64,000 bases of DNA, taken from IMG/VR virus record IMGVR_UViG_3300037963_003719, positions 1 through 64,000 of that record. One strand, written 5' to 3'. The DNA is from a virus. The translations under genes were made by a program, and so were the position numbers. The notes under the pieces were generated by a model. That model searched no databases, was not told where the DNA came from, and was given only the letters and a program-made list of their open reading frames with translations. Shown here piece by piece: positions 8,501-19,400 of this stretch. Position 1 is the stretch's first letter, and every line of letters starts with the position of its first letter.

Positions 8501-11500
8501 AGGAAAAACTCAAACTGATTTTAATATTTTAGAATCATCTAGCATTGAAACTATCTCTGGTATTAGGAGATATCTTACTCCAGGTGGAAATGCATATCAT
8601 CAACCAACTGATACTGGAAACTTTGCTGTAGATTCAATTCCATCATCTACTGAAGCTACAGTAGATAGTGTTTCTGTTCTTGCTTCTGGTGTTGGTTACA
8701 AATTAGGTGAAATTCTATCATTCAATAATGAAGGAACAGGTGGATTTGGTGCTGCTGCTTTTGTTAGTACAATTAAAGGTCAAAGTGTAACTAGTGTTTC
8801 TAAAGCAACTTATGATTACTTAGAATATGATGAAGAAAATATTCCATTTGCTTCTGGTTCTACAATTCAAACTGTAGGTGGATTCTCAGCAAGTGTTTAT
8901 GCTGTGGACCAAAAGTTAAAGAGAATGTATCTTACTGGTGTTACTGGTGGACCACTTCAAGATGGTGAGAGAATCTTTGACACTAGTTTGACAATTGATG
9001 TTGGTGTTAATACAGAAGTAGTTGGATCTTCTGTTAGTGTTCCTGCTTTAGATAATTTAGTAAGTACAGCAGAACTGGTTGACCCTCTTGATAGTGTTAG
9101 TGGATATATTAGATTACAAAATTATAACCTCAGTGGTAATATTGGACTTTACACTATTGGAAAATATGTTAAGATTGAAGACGAGTATTGTAAAATTATT
9201 CAAGTATATGCTGCTGATAATGCAATTCTTGTACGTAGGGGTGTAAATGAAACTACCCAGGAAGCATATGCTTCTGGAACTACAGTAACTCTCACCTCAG
9301 AGATAAGAGTATTTGATAGTACTGTATTTGAAATCAATGATATCATTTCAATTAATACTGAAAAATTTAAAATTATTGATGTTGATATCTTTAAAGATAA
9401 TAAAGTAGTTGGTACTAAAATTATCAATGGTGGAAGTGGTCTTAGTGGTACTTTATATCTTTTCTTTGATGGAGTTCTTCAAACACTTAACGGATCTGGA
9501 AGTGGTGTTGTATCAATTAGTGGTGGCGGTTCAGTTGACGATTTAAATTTTGATGCACAGACAGGAATTACAGCAAATCCTAAAGTAGAAATTGGTACAG
9601 TTGCTAATTATAGTGCTGCCAATCAAACACTTCTAGATGTTGATATTGTAGCATCTACATATAATCACAAATTAATTTTAGAAAGGACAGCATTTGCATC
9701 TGGAGCAGTGTTCCATTATCCAAGAACAGTTGTTAATAGATTGAGATTCATTAATGGTATTGTAGTCAAATATGAAGAAGACAGAATCCTTGCAAAACTT
9801 AACTCTGCAAATAATGCATTAGTGCAAAATGATTTTGTAAAAGTTAGTGCGGCGCTAGAAAAATCAAACGTATATAACATACAATATAATTCTGTCAATA
9901 ATCCTCCTAGATTTGAAATTGATCTTCAAGATGGGAATGGGTATGACCATACTATTGATACTTTAGAATTTTATGAGGGAAGCAATTACAAGTTTAATGT
10001 ACCCAATATTAATCTAGGTGCTATCAATATTGAATTTTATGGTCCATCATATGATCCTGTAACAAATACTAGAGGTGTTGGTAGAAAATATTTTGATGTA
10101 AACATCAATAGAACTATTGAATCTGGAAATATTACTGATTTTACAATATTCCCAGATGATTCTGATTTGACTGATTATATTATGAGAATTAGTCAAGTTG
10201 GTGGATCCGACTATAAAGATTATACAATTAAAACAATTTCAGAACCAATCAATGGTGAGTACAACGTTGTAAACTCTAGTTCAACTTATTTTGAAATTTA
10301 TACCAAAGAAGATCCTTTACCAAATGCTAATTTTGTTTATGACTCTAACACAATTTCATATATTACAAGATCTTTAAATGCATCTGGTGGCATTAATACT
10401 GTTACGTTAACATCTGGTGGATTTAATTACACTACAACTCCTGTAATTTCAAAAATTAATACAGTCGCAGGAGAAGGTGCTATTCTTGAACCTATCTCTG
10501 ATAGTATTGGAAAAATTAACAATATTAAGGCAATATCTTCTGGTTATGGATATAGTCCAGATAGAACACAAAAACCATCTGTAATTTTCCCAAGAATTAC
10601 AAAAATTAAGAATAACTTTGTTGTAAGTGATGTTGTAATTGAAGATCCTGGTAGTCAGTATATCTTTGCTCCAAGAATCGTATTGACTGGTGGTGGCATC
10701 CCTAATAATAGTCCAAATCATGCAATTATTGAGGCAACTGTAACAAATGGTCGTATTATTGATATTGACTTGATATCACCTGGTATTAGATACAATAGTG
10801 CTCCAATTATTGATGTAGAAAAATATTATTATGCTGGACTAACTTCTTCGGGTGAACTTTCATTTAAATTTGCGTTTAATCAATATATTCTTGAAAATGA
10901 TATCTTTAAATTTAGAGCATACTATGAACAAAATGGTGTAGAAAAATATGCTGAAAGTACAGTCAACTTCTACGCTAAACTTAATAGTACTACCATCTCT
11001 GCTAGAGAAGAACCAATAGCAAACAATACTCCCGATGTCAATCCACTTACTAAGGTAGTATTACCTAGTGGAGCAATTCCAACTAGGTATGAATTAGTTT
11101 CTCTCTCAAGAAAAGCATCAGTTACTGCTCTTGTTTCTAAATCTGAATTTATCAGTGGTGAAAAGGTAACTATCAATGGAGATCCTCAAAAGATTGGATT
11201 TGTTACTAATAATAAAGGTTGGCAAAAAGGTAGTTCTATTTTAAGAATTGAAAATTATAATTATTTAATTACAGAAAACGATGAGATTAGTGGATCTGAT
11301 TCTGGTGCATTTGGTATTGTTGAATCTGCATTTGGCATTTCTGCATTAACTAGTGTTGCACCTATTGTACAAACTCCTAAGAAATTTTTAGATACTAAGT
11401 CATTCTTAGGTTCTAGTGCATTGAGATTGCAAGACAGTTATAGATATCAAAAATTTGCATACGAAATTGGAACAGAAATTCCATTTGTTGAATGGAAAGA

Positions 11501-14500
11501 GGGGTATCAAAAAGCAGCACACCCAACTGGTTACAATCTGTTTGCAAGAACTGCTATTGATAATGTTATTGGTAGATCAAATACAATTCAATCTATTGTT
11601 AATGTTTCAACCAACGTAAATGAAGTTGTATCTTTCAGAACAAAATACAACTATCTTGTAACAAAAAATAATGGTTTAGATGAAGTTGAAGTTAAGAATA
11701 GATTACTGACAGACGTTAAAAATATTAAGGATTCTGTTGTTGCTGCTTTTGAAGATATTTCTCTTCAATTTGACGGCATTGAAAATGCATTTGAACTTAA
11801 AGTAGTAGATCCTGTTACTCCTACAGTTAAAGATCAAAATGGAAACGATGTTACTAACTATATTGAAAATTATGATGTAGACCAGATGGTTGTTCTTCTT
11901 GACAATATTATCCAAACTTATGGCACATCTTGGATTGTAACTGATGCTGATAAAACGATTAGGTTTACTTCAAGTAGAGATGCTGGTGAATTAATGCCAC
12001 CTGAGGTAATGCGTTATAGGCAGTTTAATGATGATACGGTAATTTATCACATGTCTGAAACTACAACTGCTGTTACTGATGAATTTAATCTTACTCAGCA
12101 AGATGGCACTGTATTCCCATCAGGTATTTTCAGTTCTATCGATGAAGACAACTATATGTGTTTCATTGATGGTGTAATTCAAGAGAATGCTAATTTTAGT
12201 ATTTCTGCAGGTGGTGGATCTCCAACAGTTACATTTGGTGAAACTCTTCCAATAGGATCAGAAATTTCTGTAAGATATTTGTCTGGATTCCTTAAGAATG
12301 AGTTTACTTCAGGATCTGTTACTGCAAGTACTCCTATTGTATTAACAAATAAACCAAGTATCATTACCACTAAAAATAGTTACTTTGTATTTGTCGATGG
12401 TGCTTCAATTACAACAGACGATTATGAAATTGATTCAAATAATGATTTAGTGTTTGACTATAGTTTTACATACGATACTCTTATTGTTGTTATTGATCCT
12501 CTTGGTGTTTCTTTAGAAGAAAAAACACACTCATTACTAGGTACAAAGTATAACTATAAAGTTGAAGATGGTCAACTTGTAATTCCTGCAGGTTTCAGTA
12601 TTAATCCTGAAGATTACTTTATTGAAATTGCTGGTATTACTCAAACTCCATATATTGTTTATGAGACCCTTACTAGTGGTATTAGAAAAATTAATTTCTT
12701 TGAACCACCACAAAGATATGTGGGACCTGACCGTTCTGTCGGTAGACAGTTTATCGGTTTACTTTATCAAAGATCTGATGCTGATGGTTCTTTAGGAACG
12801 ACCCAAAATTATCAGTTTGATGATGTTAGTAAGAATGTTATTCATACAAAAGAACCAATTGATAATTTTGTTGTTGGTGATTTTGTTATCAATTCAAATG
12901 AATTAGTAGATGCTGTTATTGTAGATAAAAATACTGCAATTTCTAGAGTTGTTATTGAAACTGGTCACACTGGTTCAGTTGCTGCAGCAGGAACATTTGA
13001 TATTGTTGTAAATGATTTAACTAATATTTTTGTTGGAGATAGAGTATTATTTAAAGCATCATATGGTATGACTAGTATTGATAATGATGAACTTGAAATT
13101 AGTGCAATTGATACTGCAACAAAGACAATTACGCTTACTAATATTAGTAGTGGTTCGTTAAGTATCACCATGGGACAAGATACTGCCATTAGATTTTTAC
13201 ATCATACTTTAGTACTTGAACAACTTATAACTGATGTTTCTATTACTAATAGAGATAATTCTTTTACTAACGGACAAACTATTCTTAGTGGTCTTGTAAG
13301 TTCTCAGAAAACTAACGTTATTACATCAATTGATGAAGTTTTTGGTGTTTCTCTTGCTGATACCTCATTTGATGTTATTAGTGCAGCAGGTCTGTCTCAA
13401 AATGATTATATTGTAATTGATAATACTGAAATTGTAAAAATTACAAATATTTCATCAAATACATTAACTGTTACTAGATCTCAATTAAATACTAATGCAC
13501 CATTGTTCCATGGTAATGGATCTTCAATACAAAAGATTATTCCGTACTCTTTAACTGTACAAAGTTTTAATAGAGGATTTGATGGTGAGAAAACAGAGTT
13601 TGTATTGAAAGAAAACGGTGCTCCTATATTCATTACTGCAGATAAGGATATCTTTGTAGTTGTTAATGGCATTCTACAGAAAAGAGGATCTTCATACCAA
13701 TTAGTTGAGAATGGAACATCGTTCTCTAAATTAGTATTCACTGAAGCACCTTCAGACGGTACTCCATTTAACTGCTTCTATGTTGGTGAGCAGATTTCTA
13801 TTAGTGACATTTCAAATCAATTCAATGGTATTGAAACTGCATTTGACCTTCGTGATGTTAATGGTGAAATTTTTAGTTTGATTTCTAATGGAAGAGCAGA
13901 AGCAAATATTTCTGCTAACCTAATTCTTTTTATTGATGGTGTATACCAAATTCCATCAACCACTGAATTTGGTAGAGATGAAGCATATCCAGAGTCACTG
14001 TCATCATTCAAACTCTTTGGTAGTTTGATTGAGTTCTCTTCTCCTCCAAAATTTGGTTCTGAGTTTGAAGGTTATATCTTTGTAGGTTCAGCAGCAGATT
14101 ATGAGAGTATTGACGTTGATGCCACAGTTGAGGCAGGCGATACCATAGTTCAATCAAATGAAGTATCGGAAAGGGGTATTATTAATATCCTTAGTGCAAC
14201 TAGATTAGCAGTTACTAATTCAAATGGACAAAGGAATACAAATCCATTGTCTGGAATCAATCCAGGAACTATTGGTGAGTATGGTTGGTGGTTAAGTGAT
14301 TTGGTAAAAGAGGCAAAAGTAAGGGAATCCTTGAGAGCTAGGAGAACCTTAACTACCACAATTAATGCATTGCCAGGAGGAATATTCCCACTTTCTGGAC
14401 CAACATTATATACTGTTGCTATTCCATCTATTGATTTGGATAACATTTCTTCAGATTTACCAGAAAATCCAGATGATGATACTAATCTGATTACTTTTAC

Positions 14501-14960
14501 ATTACCTGCGTCTGCACACTTCGGTGCTAGAAATATTAATGCAAGATTTACTACATTCGTACCAAGAAATCCATCAATTATTGGAGATCTTGATGAGATT
14601 CAAGGTGTAAAACTTGGTATAGATTTAGCATTTGATCAAATTGTTGAATTAGATCCTAGTGCAGCAAATGCTCCATTCTTTGCACCAAGTCAGGGATCTG
14701 GTAATGGTGTTATTAACGAGTCCGTTTCTACAATTAAGTTTGGAGGTGGATTTGCTAATTCTGCAACTGTTATTAGTTGGGATGCGACGAATCGCTTCCT
14801 TTATGTAAAATTAGACAATCCTGCAAACTTTATCGCTAACGGTGATACTATTCAGTTACAAAACAATAATTTGAATACTGTTGGTCCTGTTACCGATCAT
14901 GATTTGATTGCAGAATACCAATCATTAAGTGTTGGTAACGATTTATATTATAACTTCTAG
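5577..14960 (+). CDS. gp7: Baseplate wedge initiator gp7, giant cyanophage type (3127 aa)
   Basis: Lies between gp6 and gp8. N-terminal EYP.FV.FLK.YY.YLE and KDFY.SKGT; LQDSY.YQ.FAY.I...W......HPTG core. Inserted YHYH-like domain and many G.GY...P repeats. Confidence 0.88.
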   Translation: MFNDLKVSSSIIGQVPSYYPAEYPNFVNFLKDYYRYLETNGNPLDLLNGVQDLIDVDTYTGIDASAPLLVSIDDDDTEVSVTGHVEFPRSQGLLKINDEVIIYKKRSFKTIGGGAKITTFSGCTRGFTYNTLTYEDGFTSNIETTAAAHSTPATVFNQSYAYILYFLEELRSNYLIDFPSNILTDNIGDININQILKNAKDFYLSKGTPNGIDFYFNFLFQKKPELRNYKENLYAPSEATYQNKNIVRLESLDTFFVPDLVGSSILQKGLEFPVQTAENVFSFASQVYEFEISNGEKIVPTNFTVITAIPETVGDERRLYVDSTFGFPETGVLRVNQDLIPYSGKRSNYFECDSDLDQVVDLFQATNSIFLLLGDIVYDNSTLATAKNDPGSSFVVYVGISDVTIETNNIGYQTGDLGFVSNVIVEDNLIVSGWEFNDTLPLDLNESLVAGVTKIYTDSEYVYMPYSTVPYYDITYNTSNSVIKEQDIFTKIPKVFEQSNELDKEDIPVNLPIGVLRDGTPLLSWKSATTLVRGELESVSIIDGGSNFNVNNPPAVKLDGPTKLDDNDETGVTAEVSLGINGSVRNVYIKNKGVGYDPDTLIVVTKNPNNDPNVPFRDAVLKPLIVDGKISKVRIVDPGTGYTHQPTITITPDNPPGDTNADIEVVVTGPIYKVNIDEPGSLYTQDPEYQILKGDGAAGLVNIENGKLLSVDLVNGGQNYKSAPKVTVVDKTGGGVGAEVVATFSDTLGTVTGFVVTNSGLNYNQFNTSIVVTEEGSNEILEMNVQRWNLLNNWDSDNVGNYNTTDGSLLLDGGVVDGKTEKRFTILGSPKKLEIDGELPNLSRNPNPQQEHSPIIGWALDGSPIYGPYGHVVANDGSSGVTPLSSGYTKIQENSLPVNSIRRRNASPGLLGNYPMGSFAEDYVFTQASPVGLDSENGRFCVTPEYPNGVYAYFTTIDNIDRKQGFPFFIGPKFKGKTQTDFNILESSSIETISGIRRYLTPGGNAYHQPTDTGNFAVDSIPSSTEATVDSVSVLASGVGYKLGEILSFNNEGTGGFGAAAFVSTIKGQSVTSVSKATYDYLEYDEENIPFASGSTIQTVGGFSASVYAVDQKLKRMYLTGVTGGPLQDGERIFDTSLTIDVGVNTEVVGSSVSVPALDNLVSTAELVDPLDSVSGYIRLQNYNLSGNIGLYTIGKYVKIEDEYCKIIQVYAADNAILVRRGVNETTQEAYASGTTVTLTSEIRVFDSTVFEINDIISINTEKFKIIDVDIFKDNKVVGTKIINGGSGLSGTLYLFFDGVLQTLNGSGSGVVSISGGGSVDDLNFDAQTGITANPKVEIGTVANYSAANQTLLDVDIVASTYNHKLILERTAFASGAVFHYPRTVVNRLRFINGIVVKYEEDRILAKLNSANNALVQNDFVKVSAALEKSNVYNIQYNSVNNPPRFEIDLQDGNGYDHTIDTLEFYEGSNYKFNVPNINLGAINIEFYGPSYDPVTNTRGVGRKYFDVNINRTIESGNITDFTIFPDDSDLTDYIMRISQVGGSDYKDYTIKTISEPINGEYNVVNSSSTYFEIYTKEDPLPNANFVYDSNTISYITRSLNASGGINTVTLTSGGFNYTTTPVISKINTVAGEGAILEPISDSIGKINNIKAISSGYGYSPDRTQKPSVIFPRITKIKNNFVVSDVVIEDPGSQYIFAPRIVLTGGGIPNNSPNHAIIEATVTNGRIIDIDLISPGIRYNSAPIIDVEKYYYAGLTSSGELSFKFAFNQYILENDIFKFRAYYEQNGVEKYAESTVNFYAKLNSTTISAREEPIANNTPDVNPLTKVVLPSGAIPTRYELVSLSRKASVTALVSKSEFISGEKVTINGDPQKIGFVTNNKGWQKGSSILRIENYNYLITENDEISGSDSGAFGIVESAFGISALTSVAPIVQTPKKFLDTKSFLGSSALRLQDSYRYQKFAYEIGTEIPFVEWKEGYQKAAHPTGYNLFARTAIDNVIGRSNTIQSIVNVSTNVNEVVSFRTKYNYLVTKNNGLDEVEVKNRLLTDVKNIKDSVVAAFEDISLQFDGIENAFELKVVDPVTPTVKDQNGNDVTNYIENYDVDQMVVLLDNIIQTYGTSWIVTDADKTIRFTSSRDAGELMPPEVMRYRQFNDDTVIYHMSETTTAVTDEFNLTQQDGTVFPSGIFSSIDEDNYMCFIDGVIQENANFSISAGGGSPTVTFGETLPIGSEISVRYLSGFLKNEFTSGSVTASTPIVLTNKPSIITTKNSYFVFVDGASITTDDYEIDSNNDLVFDYSFTYDTLIVVIDPLGVSLEEKTHSLLGTKYNYKVEDGQLVIPAGFSINPEDYFIEIAGITQTPYIVYETLTSGIRKINFFEPPQRYVGPDRSVGRQFIGLLYQRSDADGSLGTTQNYQFDDVSKNVIHTKEPIDNFVVGDFVINSNELVDAVIVDKNTAISRVVIETGHTGSVAAAGTFDIVVNDLTNIFVGDRVLFKASYGMTSIDNDELEISAIDTATKTITLTNISSGSLSITMGQDTAIRFLHHTLVLEQLITDVSITNRDNSFTNGQTILSGLVSSQKTNVITSIDEVFGVSLADTSFDVISAAGLSQNDYIVIDNTEIVKITNISSNTLTVTRSQLNTNAPLFHGNGSSIQKIIPYSLTVQSFNRGFDGEKTEFVLKENGAPIFITADKDIFVVVNGILQKRGSSYQLVENGTSFSKLVFTEAPSDGTPFNCFYVGEQISISDISNQFNGIETAFDLRDVNGEIFSLISNGRAEANISANLILFIDGVYQIPSTTEFGRDEAYPESLSSFKLFGSLIEFSSPPKFGSEFEGYIFVGSAADYESIDVDATVEAGDTIVQSNEVSERGIINILSATRLAVTNSNGQRNTNPLSGINPGTIGEYGWWLSDLVKEAKVRESLRARRTLTTTINALPGGIFPLSGPTLYTVAIPSIDLDNISSDLPENPDDDTNLITFTLPASAHFGARNINARFTTFVPRNPSIIGDLDEIQGVKLGIDLAFDQIVELDPSAANAPFFAPSQGSGNGVINESVSTIKFGGGFANSATVISWDATNRFLYVKLDNPANFIANGDTIQLQNNNLNTVGPVTDHDLIAEYQSLSVGNDLYYNF

Positions 14961-14963
14961 TCC

Positions 14964-14971
14964 TATAAATA
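14964..14971 (+). promoter_or_regulatory. T4-type late promoter
   Basis: TATAAATA in the gp7-gp8 gap. Confidence 0.85.
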
Positions 14972-14990
14972 AAAAGAAAACTGTTTAACG

Positions 14991-16436
14991 ATGGCGGCAA
15001 TTTTAACCGATAGATTTAGGGTAGTCCTTGCTGAGAATTTCAGACAGAGGGTTGCTTTAGGTGAAGACCCACAGTTTGTTGATGGAAATGGCAATAGAAC
15101 TGTAAGTGAAGTTGGTTTGTATCTGTTTTTTGCAAAAGCAGATGGTTGGACCAACAATCAACCAGTCCCTCCTATTGATAATCAGGAAGCAGCATTTGGT
15201 CTCTATGATCAAATGATTGGATTGAAAAAGATCCCTTCCTCAGAAATTAGAGGAGTGATTCCAAACAAAACATGGTCATCAGGAACCACATATGACATTT
15301 ATCGTCATAATTATGGTTCTGTCATTAATGCTACTAATAATGTAGTAAATTATGTTGAAGGTCTCAATACAGAAATACATTTGTATGAAACAAATTACTT
15401 TATTGTTACCTCTGAGTATAAAGTGTATAAGTGTTTGAATAATAATGGTAATAAGGCATCTACTGTTGAACCATCGTCAACAACTAGTGCTCCATTTACA
15501 CTGTCTGATGGATATGTTTGGAAGTTTATGTTTAGCGTAAATGCTAATGATTTTGAAAGATTTAAGAGCGATGAATATATTCCAATTCCAGAAAGTTCTA
15601 GTATTGATGTAAATAATGCTATTGCTCCATCATCCAATTATGGCGGTGCAATCTACAATGTTGTAATTAAAACACCTGGTACAAACTACACTGCAAACTC
15701 TGAGTTTGATATTATTGGAGATGGTCAGAATGGTAGAGTTAGAATTACCTCTACAGACGCCGTAGGTGCCATTACAGGCATCAAAGTGCTTAATCCTGGT
15801 ACTGGATATACATTTGCACAAATCAACACTACAGGCGGTTCTAGTGCCGTCTTAGAACCAATTATTGCTCCTAAAGAGGGTATGGCAACTCCTCAAGGAA
15901 TGGCATTAGAGTTGGGTGCATACAGATTAGCACTTCACTGTAAGTTAGAAAATGATGACTTTGTATTTGGTAATGACTTTAGTGTGGTTGGTGTAATTTA
16001 TAACCCAACAGTCACTAGTAGTGGATCAGTTCTTAATGGTGCTAGAAAAATGACTTTAGCATATTCTAATTCTGGTGTAAGTCCTCTGGCAAATGCTCAA
16101 GAGGATTATGATGATGTTTTGATTTCTACATCAGGTGCTGGTAGTGGTGCTTCTGGTAGAATTGTTCATTATGAACCAGATACTGTAAATAATGTCTATA
16201 CAGTTTATTTCACTCAAGAAAATACTCTTGATGCTGGTTTGAAAAGTGATGGATCTAGACCTCTATTCCAAGATGGTGAAACTATCATCATTGGTTCCGA
16301 AACCGTTACTATCAATACTGTTTCAGAACCAGACATCGTAAGAGGGTCTGGAGAAATCATCTACATAGATAATAGGAATACAATTTCCAGAGCAAAAGAC
16401 CAGACGGAAGATTTCAAAATTATTTTAGAGTTCTAA
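14991..16436 (+). CDS. gp8: Baseplate wedge subunit gp8
   Basis: MAAILTD.FR, W.SGTTYD.YRH.Y, YKVYKCL.N, DGY.WKFMF, SGEIIYIDNR..ISR..DQTED.KIILEF. Confidence 0.93.
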   Translation: MAAILTDRFRVVLAENFRQRVALGEDPQFVDGNGNRTVSEVGLYLFFAKADGWTNNQPVPPIDNQEAAFGLYDQMIGLKKIPSSEIRGVIPNKTWSSGTTYDIYRHNYGSVINATNNVVNYVEGLNTEIHLYETNYFIVTSEYKVYKCLNNNGNKASTVEPSSTTSAPFTLSDGYVWKFMFSVNANDFERFKSDEYIPIPESSSIDVNNAIAPSSNYGGAIYNVVIKTPGTNYTANSEFDIIGDGQNGRVRITSTDAVGAITGIKVLNPGTGYTFAQINTTGGSSAVLEPIIAPKEGMATPQGMALELGAYRLALHCKLENDDFVFGNDFSVVGVIYNPTVTSSGSVLNGARKMTLAYSNSGVSPLANAQEDYDDVLISTSGAGSGASGRIVHYEPDTVNNVYTVYFTQENTLDAGLKSDGSRPLFQDGETIIIGSETVTINTVSEPDIVRGSGEIIYIDNRNTISRAKDQTEDFKIILEF

Positions 16437-16439
16437 GAG

Positions 16440-19400
16440 ATGCCCCAGACAACTAACCTGAACACCCCTCCATATTTTGAGGACTTTGACGCAGCAGATA
16501 ACTTCCACAAAGTTCTGTTTCGACCAGGATTCCCCCTGCAGGCGAGGGAACTAACAGTTCTGCAATCTTTATTGCAGGATCAGATCGAAAAGTTTGGATC
16601 TAGCATCTATAAAGATGGTGCTATGGTTATTCCAGGTCAAATTTCTTATGACCTGTATTATACTTCTGTGCTTATTGAGGATGAATATTTTGGTATCTCT
16701 GCTGACACAATTAAGGACTTTATTGTTGGGCAGACCATTATTGGTCAATCTTCTGGGGTAAAGGCAAGGGTTGTTAATGCAATCTCATCTGAAGAGTCGG
16801 AAAAGGGCAAAACGACTCTTTATGTTAAGTATACAAGTGCTGGAACTTCAAATACCGCTGGTACATTTGTTGACGATGAAATTCTTTTAGCAGAGGATTC
16901 TTTCAGTATTGGAGAAACAGTAATTCAAGCAGATACTGACTTTGCAAAATGTGTTACTGAGGATGCAACTCATACTGGTTCTGCTGCAAAAATTACTCCT
17001 GGCATCTATTTTATTAAAGGATTCTTTACTTCTGTTCAAGAACAAGAAATTATCCTTGATCAATTTGCTACCACTCCATCTTATAGGATTGGTCTGCAAG
17101 TATTAGAAACTATTGTAACTCCTGAGGACGATGAGACGCTTACAGATCCTTCTCAGGGATATTCTAACTATTCAGCACCTGGAGCACACAGGTTAAAATT
17201 AGAAGCAAAACTTGGTAAGAAGAGTTTAACTGATGAGTCAGTAACTGATTTTATTGAACTTCTTAAATTAGAAGATGGTGAATTAAGAGAAATTGTAACC
17301 ACTTCTAGAGCACAGATTGCTCGCACATTAGAAGATACTTTAGCGAGAAGAACTTATGATGAATCAGGTGATTATGAAGTAAAAACTTATAAGTTTACTA
17401 AAGATGAGAATTTAAATGATGGTGTAAACAATGGTATTTTCTCAGTCGGTGAAAAAACCGATCAAGATAATATTCCATCAGCAGATCTTTTTAATGTCAA
17501 TGTAGGTCCAGGAAAATCATATGTGCTTGGATATGAAATTGAGAATGTAACAACAAATTACGTTGATGTTGAAAAACCAAGAACCACTGAAAAAGAAACT
17601 AATAAACTCATTGCTACAGATGCAAGAGGATTTGAGTTCAGAACTGCAAAGAGTAACGAACCAATCTATGATAACTTACAATCTGCATATCAATCTCAAC
17701 AAATTGCAGCACTAAAAGATGGTGCTAATGTAATTGGTTATGGTTTGTTTGTCGGTTTTGAAACAGAAACTTCTTATGATGTTGTAAGAATTGCTGCAAT
17801 TAAATTCCTTGCAAAAACAAACACTATTAATGATGTTGATACCATTGTTATCAATGGCACTATTAATTTTGAAACTAATAGTGTAAGTGGTGGACATATA
17901 TTTACTATTGCTAGTACTGGTGGAAGAACTAATCCATATATTTTCAAAGCATTTAACGATAATGTAATCAAAACTCTTGAGGGTGCCTCTGCATTTAATA
18001 TTAAAACTGTTGCTACTGGTACTATCAATGGAACAGGAAGTGGTGGATCTGTTAACGTTCCATTTGCATCTTCAAATGTAAGTGACTATACTTTAAGAAT
18101 TGATAATGACGGTGTAGGAGTTGCAAGAGCACTTACTGCAGCAACTCCAAACTTGAGCGGTGGTAACTTTAGTTTCACTATCTCAACTGATGCTAATACT
18201 GCAAATGACAGTTTTGTAATTTATGGTCCAAAGAATGTACCAAATCCTGTATTGAAATTATCATCTCTCAAAAAAATGAGAGTGATTAAACTTAAAGATA
18301 TTGATTCACTGAACAAGTATAATCTTAATGATACCACTTTAAGTTTGGGTGTTACTAGAGTATCAAAGGTTCATGCTATTTACAATTATAGTGATGCAGC
18401 TGCAAACGATTTTAATAACGTATATCCTAACGTAACTTATAATACTGGTACTCCAGCATTTAAAGCAGGAGAAATTATTGTAGGAAGATCTAGTGGTGCA
18501 AAAGGAAGAGTTATTAAGCAAGAATCTTCTACAACAAAAGTATATTTTGTTTATGAAACTTCTTCTAACTTCATTCCTAATGAAGAGATTTATGGATTTG
18601 AGACAGCATCCACTGCAAACATTTCAACAGTAAACTCAAACGGTCTACCAAATCTTAAGAGTAGATATATTCTTGATGATGGACAAAGACCACATAGTTT
18701 TGAATTCTCTTCAATCACAAAATCTAATGTAGGAAGTTCTATTCCAAATGATACCTCATTGTGGGTAGTTGTTGATCATTTTGAAGATGACAACGCAGCA
18801 GGTTTATTCTATACTGCTAATTCTTACTACGATGCTGTTATTGAAGAAATTCCTTCTTTTGAATGGGGTGATGAAGAGTATTATCTGAATGATACAGTTG
18901 ATTATAGAATCAACCAAAGTGATGTATTCTCAACTGGTAACGGTGAATATAATTCACCTCACCAAATTGATCCTACTCAAATTCTTTCAAACACAAAACT
19001 CAGCAATTACGGTAATTTTAATTTCATCTATAATGATGAAAAACTTCCTGCAGGATTTATTGAAGCAAATGAAATAGAATATTATCTTGCTAGAATTGAT
19101 CACCTGTATGTCAATAAAGTTGGAGAGTTTGTTACTAAACAAGGAACACCATCACTATCTCCTAAGGAACCTAGTGATAGCATTAAAAATGCTATGAAAT
19201 TGATTAGTATTGATATGCCTCCTTATGTTAGAAATTTAGATGATATTGTATTCACTAGATTTGCTAACAAGCGTTACACAATGAAAGATATTGGTAAACT
19301 TGAGCAACGTTTGAGTAATGTTGAATACTATACTCAACTTAGTTTGCTTGAAAGTGAAACTGCTAATTCGTTTATTGCTGATGGTTCTGGATTGAATAGA